64,000 nt of DNA from an uncultured delta proteobacterium (GTDB taxonomy: Bacteria; Myxococcota; Kuafuiibacteriia; Kuafuiibacteriales; Kuafuiibacteriaceae): NCBI GenBank assembly GCA_963803435.1, contig CAWDML010000006.1, forward strand, positions 1 to 64,000, read 5' to 3'. The notes under the pieces are model-generated. The model was given only the letters and a program-made list of their open reading frames with translations. It was not told the DNA's origin and searched no databases. The position numbers and the translations under genes are program-made. Positions 62,280 to 64,000 of this stretch are shown piece by piece; positions within the stretch are counted from its first letter, which is position 1; each line of letters begins with the position of its first letter.

Positions 62280-63608
62280 CTCGCGTACTTCGTCTTGGAC
62301 GTCGTCGATGAGGTAGAGCTGAGCGCGATCGAGATCTCGATCCAGTCCAAGGACCGTACTCGCCTCGAATGATGATCGCGCTGCTTCTGTACGCCTACTT
62401 GCACCGGCATCTATTCGTCGCGGAGGATCGCGCGGGCGACCTACCAAGACATTCCATTCCGGGTGCTGGCTGGAGAAAGTCATCCCCACTTCACGACGAT
62501 CAACGAGTTTCGGCTGGTCCACCTGGAGGCACTGAAAGCGCTCTTCCTCGAAGCCCTGAAGCTTTGCCAAAAAGCAGGTTTGGTGCGGCTCGGACACGTC
62601 GCACTCGATGGCTCGAAGGTGCAGGCGAACGCGAGCAAGCACAAGGCGATGACCTACGAGCGGATGGCCGAGGAGGAGAAGCGGCTGTCTCTCGAGATCG
62701 AAGAACTGCTGGAGCGAGCGCGCACGATCGACCAAGAGGAAGACGAGCGGCTGGGCGTTGAAGAGACTGAAGAGGACATCCCAGCGGAGCTCGCTCGCCG
62801 TGAATCCCGCCTTGCCCGCATTCGAGAAGCGAAGGCTGCGCTGGAACAGGATGCCGCCAGGGCTCGCGCGGAGAAATTGCGCAGGCAAGCCGAAGAGCAG
62901 CAGAGCAAAGCGGATGATGCTCTTGTGGATCGGGTGGAGCAGAAGCGAGCGAGAACTCGAGCCGAGAAGGCAAGAGCGCAGGCTGACCAGCTCGAACCAT
63001 GTGGACGGCACACGAGGCCCAACGCTCAGAGGAACTTCACCGACTCAGACAGCAGGATCATGTTGAAGGATGGAGCGTACCTCCAGGCCTACAATGCCCA
63101 AGTTGTCGTAGATGAGCACGCTCAGGTGATTGTCGCCGAAGGGGTCAGCAACCAGGCACCTGATCAGCAACACCTCGTCCCGATGCTCCGTGATGTGTTC
63201 GGCAACTGCGGCGATGCTCCGCGGAAGATGACGGCAGACAACGGCTATCTGAGCGCGACCAACATCGAATTCTGCGACAACAATCAGATCGATGCCCACA
63301 TCGCTGTTGGACCCGAACAGAACCAAGACGCGTCGACTCCGTCCTCATCAGCTTCGGAGCCCACACCTGCCTCGCTCGCTCGCAAGCGAATGCGAGACAA
63401 GTTGCAAACGCGCGACGGCAAGGCGGTCTACGCCCGCAGGAAGAGTATCGTCGAACTGGCGCTCGGACAGATCAAAGCGGCACGAGGATTCCGCCGGTTC
63501 TCGCTACGCTCCTTCTTCAAGGTACGAGCCGAGTGGACGCTCGTCTGCCTCACCCACAACCTGCTCAAGCTCTACCGATCGAAGCTCGCGACCGTCGCGA
63601 GCGTCTGA
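62280..63608 (+). pseudogene. IS1182-family transposase with damaged 5' end
   Basis: ALLLYAY, HPHFTTINEFR, ALDGSKVQANAS, NFTDSDSRIM, YNAQ, ADNGY, YARRKSIVE. Confidence 0.88.
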
Positions 63609-63694
63609 CTCAAGGCAGCCATCTTCAGATCGGGACCCGGACCGGGACCGGGACCCGGACCGGGGTCGCGTGAGCGCTTACGCGCTACACGCTC

Positions 63695-64000
63695 CTAGTT
63701 GCCGTCGGACTGCGGGTAGAGGCAGACCCACCGATAGGTGGTTACGGGTGTGGGGGGGGTGTTGTCGACGTATCGCTGGCAGAAGCAAAGCGAATCCCCG
63801 GAGTCATTGGGCGAGGAACCGATGTTGTTTTGCACGATGGTGCGGACGCGCCCCCGTGTCGCGCTGCTGCAGGTTGCTGCGTTCGCGAACACGGTCATTT
63901 CCGTGGTACCGTTGGAGACGCTGTTGTTCCAAGAGAGATTCGGAGGCATGTCGACTACCATCGTCGAGATCGTGTTCACCGTGACGATGGAGCTCGCGTT
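63695..64000 (-). CDS. C-terminal part of a hypothetical (probably extracellular) protein running off the window
   Basis: Asn/Thr-rich frame with LCFC and WVCL; its TAG stop lies in the CTAG next to the IS end. Confidence 0.5.
   Translation of the reverse strand, partial: NASSIVTVNTISTMVVDMPPNLSWNNSVSNGTTEMTVFANAATCSSATRGRVRTIVQNNIGSSPNDSGDSLCFCQRYVDNTPPTPVTTYRWVCLYPQSDGN

Larger units (their letters stand above)
61751..63694 (+). mobile_element. IS1182-like element carrying a four-helix-bundle passenger gene
   Basis: ~65-bp imperfect IRs starting GAGCGTGTAGCGCGTA; flanks CTGG / CTAG. Confidence 0.7.

Noticed and set aside
1-64000. tRNA or rRNA genes
   Set aside because: None recognised by eye; a covariance-model search was not run

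Overview
GC-rich accessory region, probably from a myxobacterium (inferred from MYXO-CTERM-like tails, matrixin-type proteases and a sigma54 activator). It is dominated by nested mobile elements and a sugar/nucleoside-tailoring biosynthetic island. Two near-identical Recombinase-In-Trio (RIT) elements (17-3431, 55034-58452) sit at the same nucleotide site, the Walker A codons of a RepA/RecA-like (AAA_25) ATPase gene. They lie in opposite orientations relative to that gene, each beside the same palindrome (32 bp and perfect where fully visible). The target gene is the last of a four-gene unit (Zn-ribbon protein, DDE transposase, ExeA-like AAA+, AAA_25) that occurs three times and has TGT...ACA-type ends. 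Other elements: IS21 inside ISAzo13, ISL3 with an 8-bp target duplication, an IS91 remnant, a truncated large serine recombinase, Rhs toxin/immunity fragments beside a XerC-like recombinase, and an IS1182-like element carrying a four-helix-bundle gene between hexamer-repeat ends. From about 28.5 to 53.8 kb lies a cluster with a SelO-like protein, glycosyltransferases, a sulfotransferase-like protein, two radical SAM enzymes, a creatininase-like amidohydrolase, a HAD phosphatase, methyltransferases and two carbamoyltransferases; part of it is present as a diverged inverted duplicate. Many single-base frameshifts and abrupt gene-fragment junctions suggest sequencing/assembly error and/or real decay. 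All calls come from motif recognition by eye; no searches were run.
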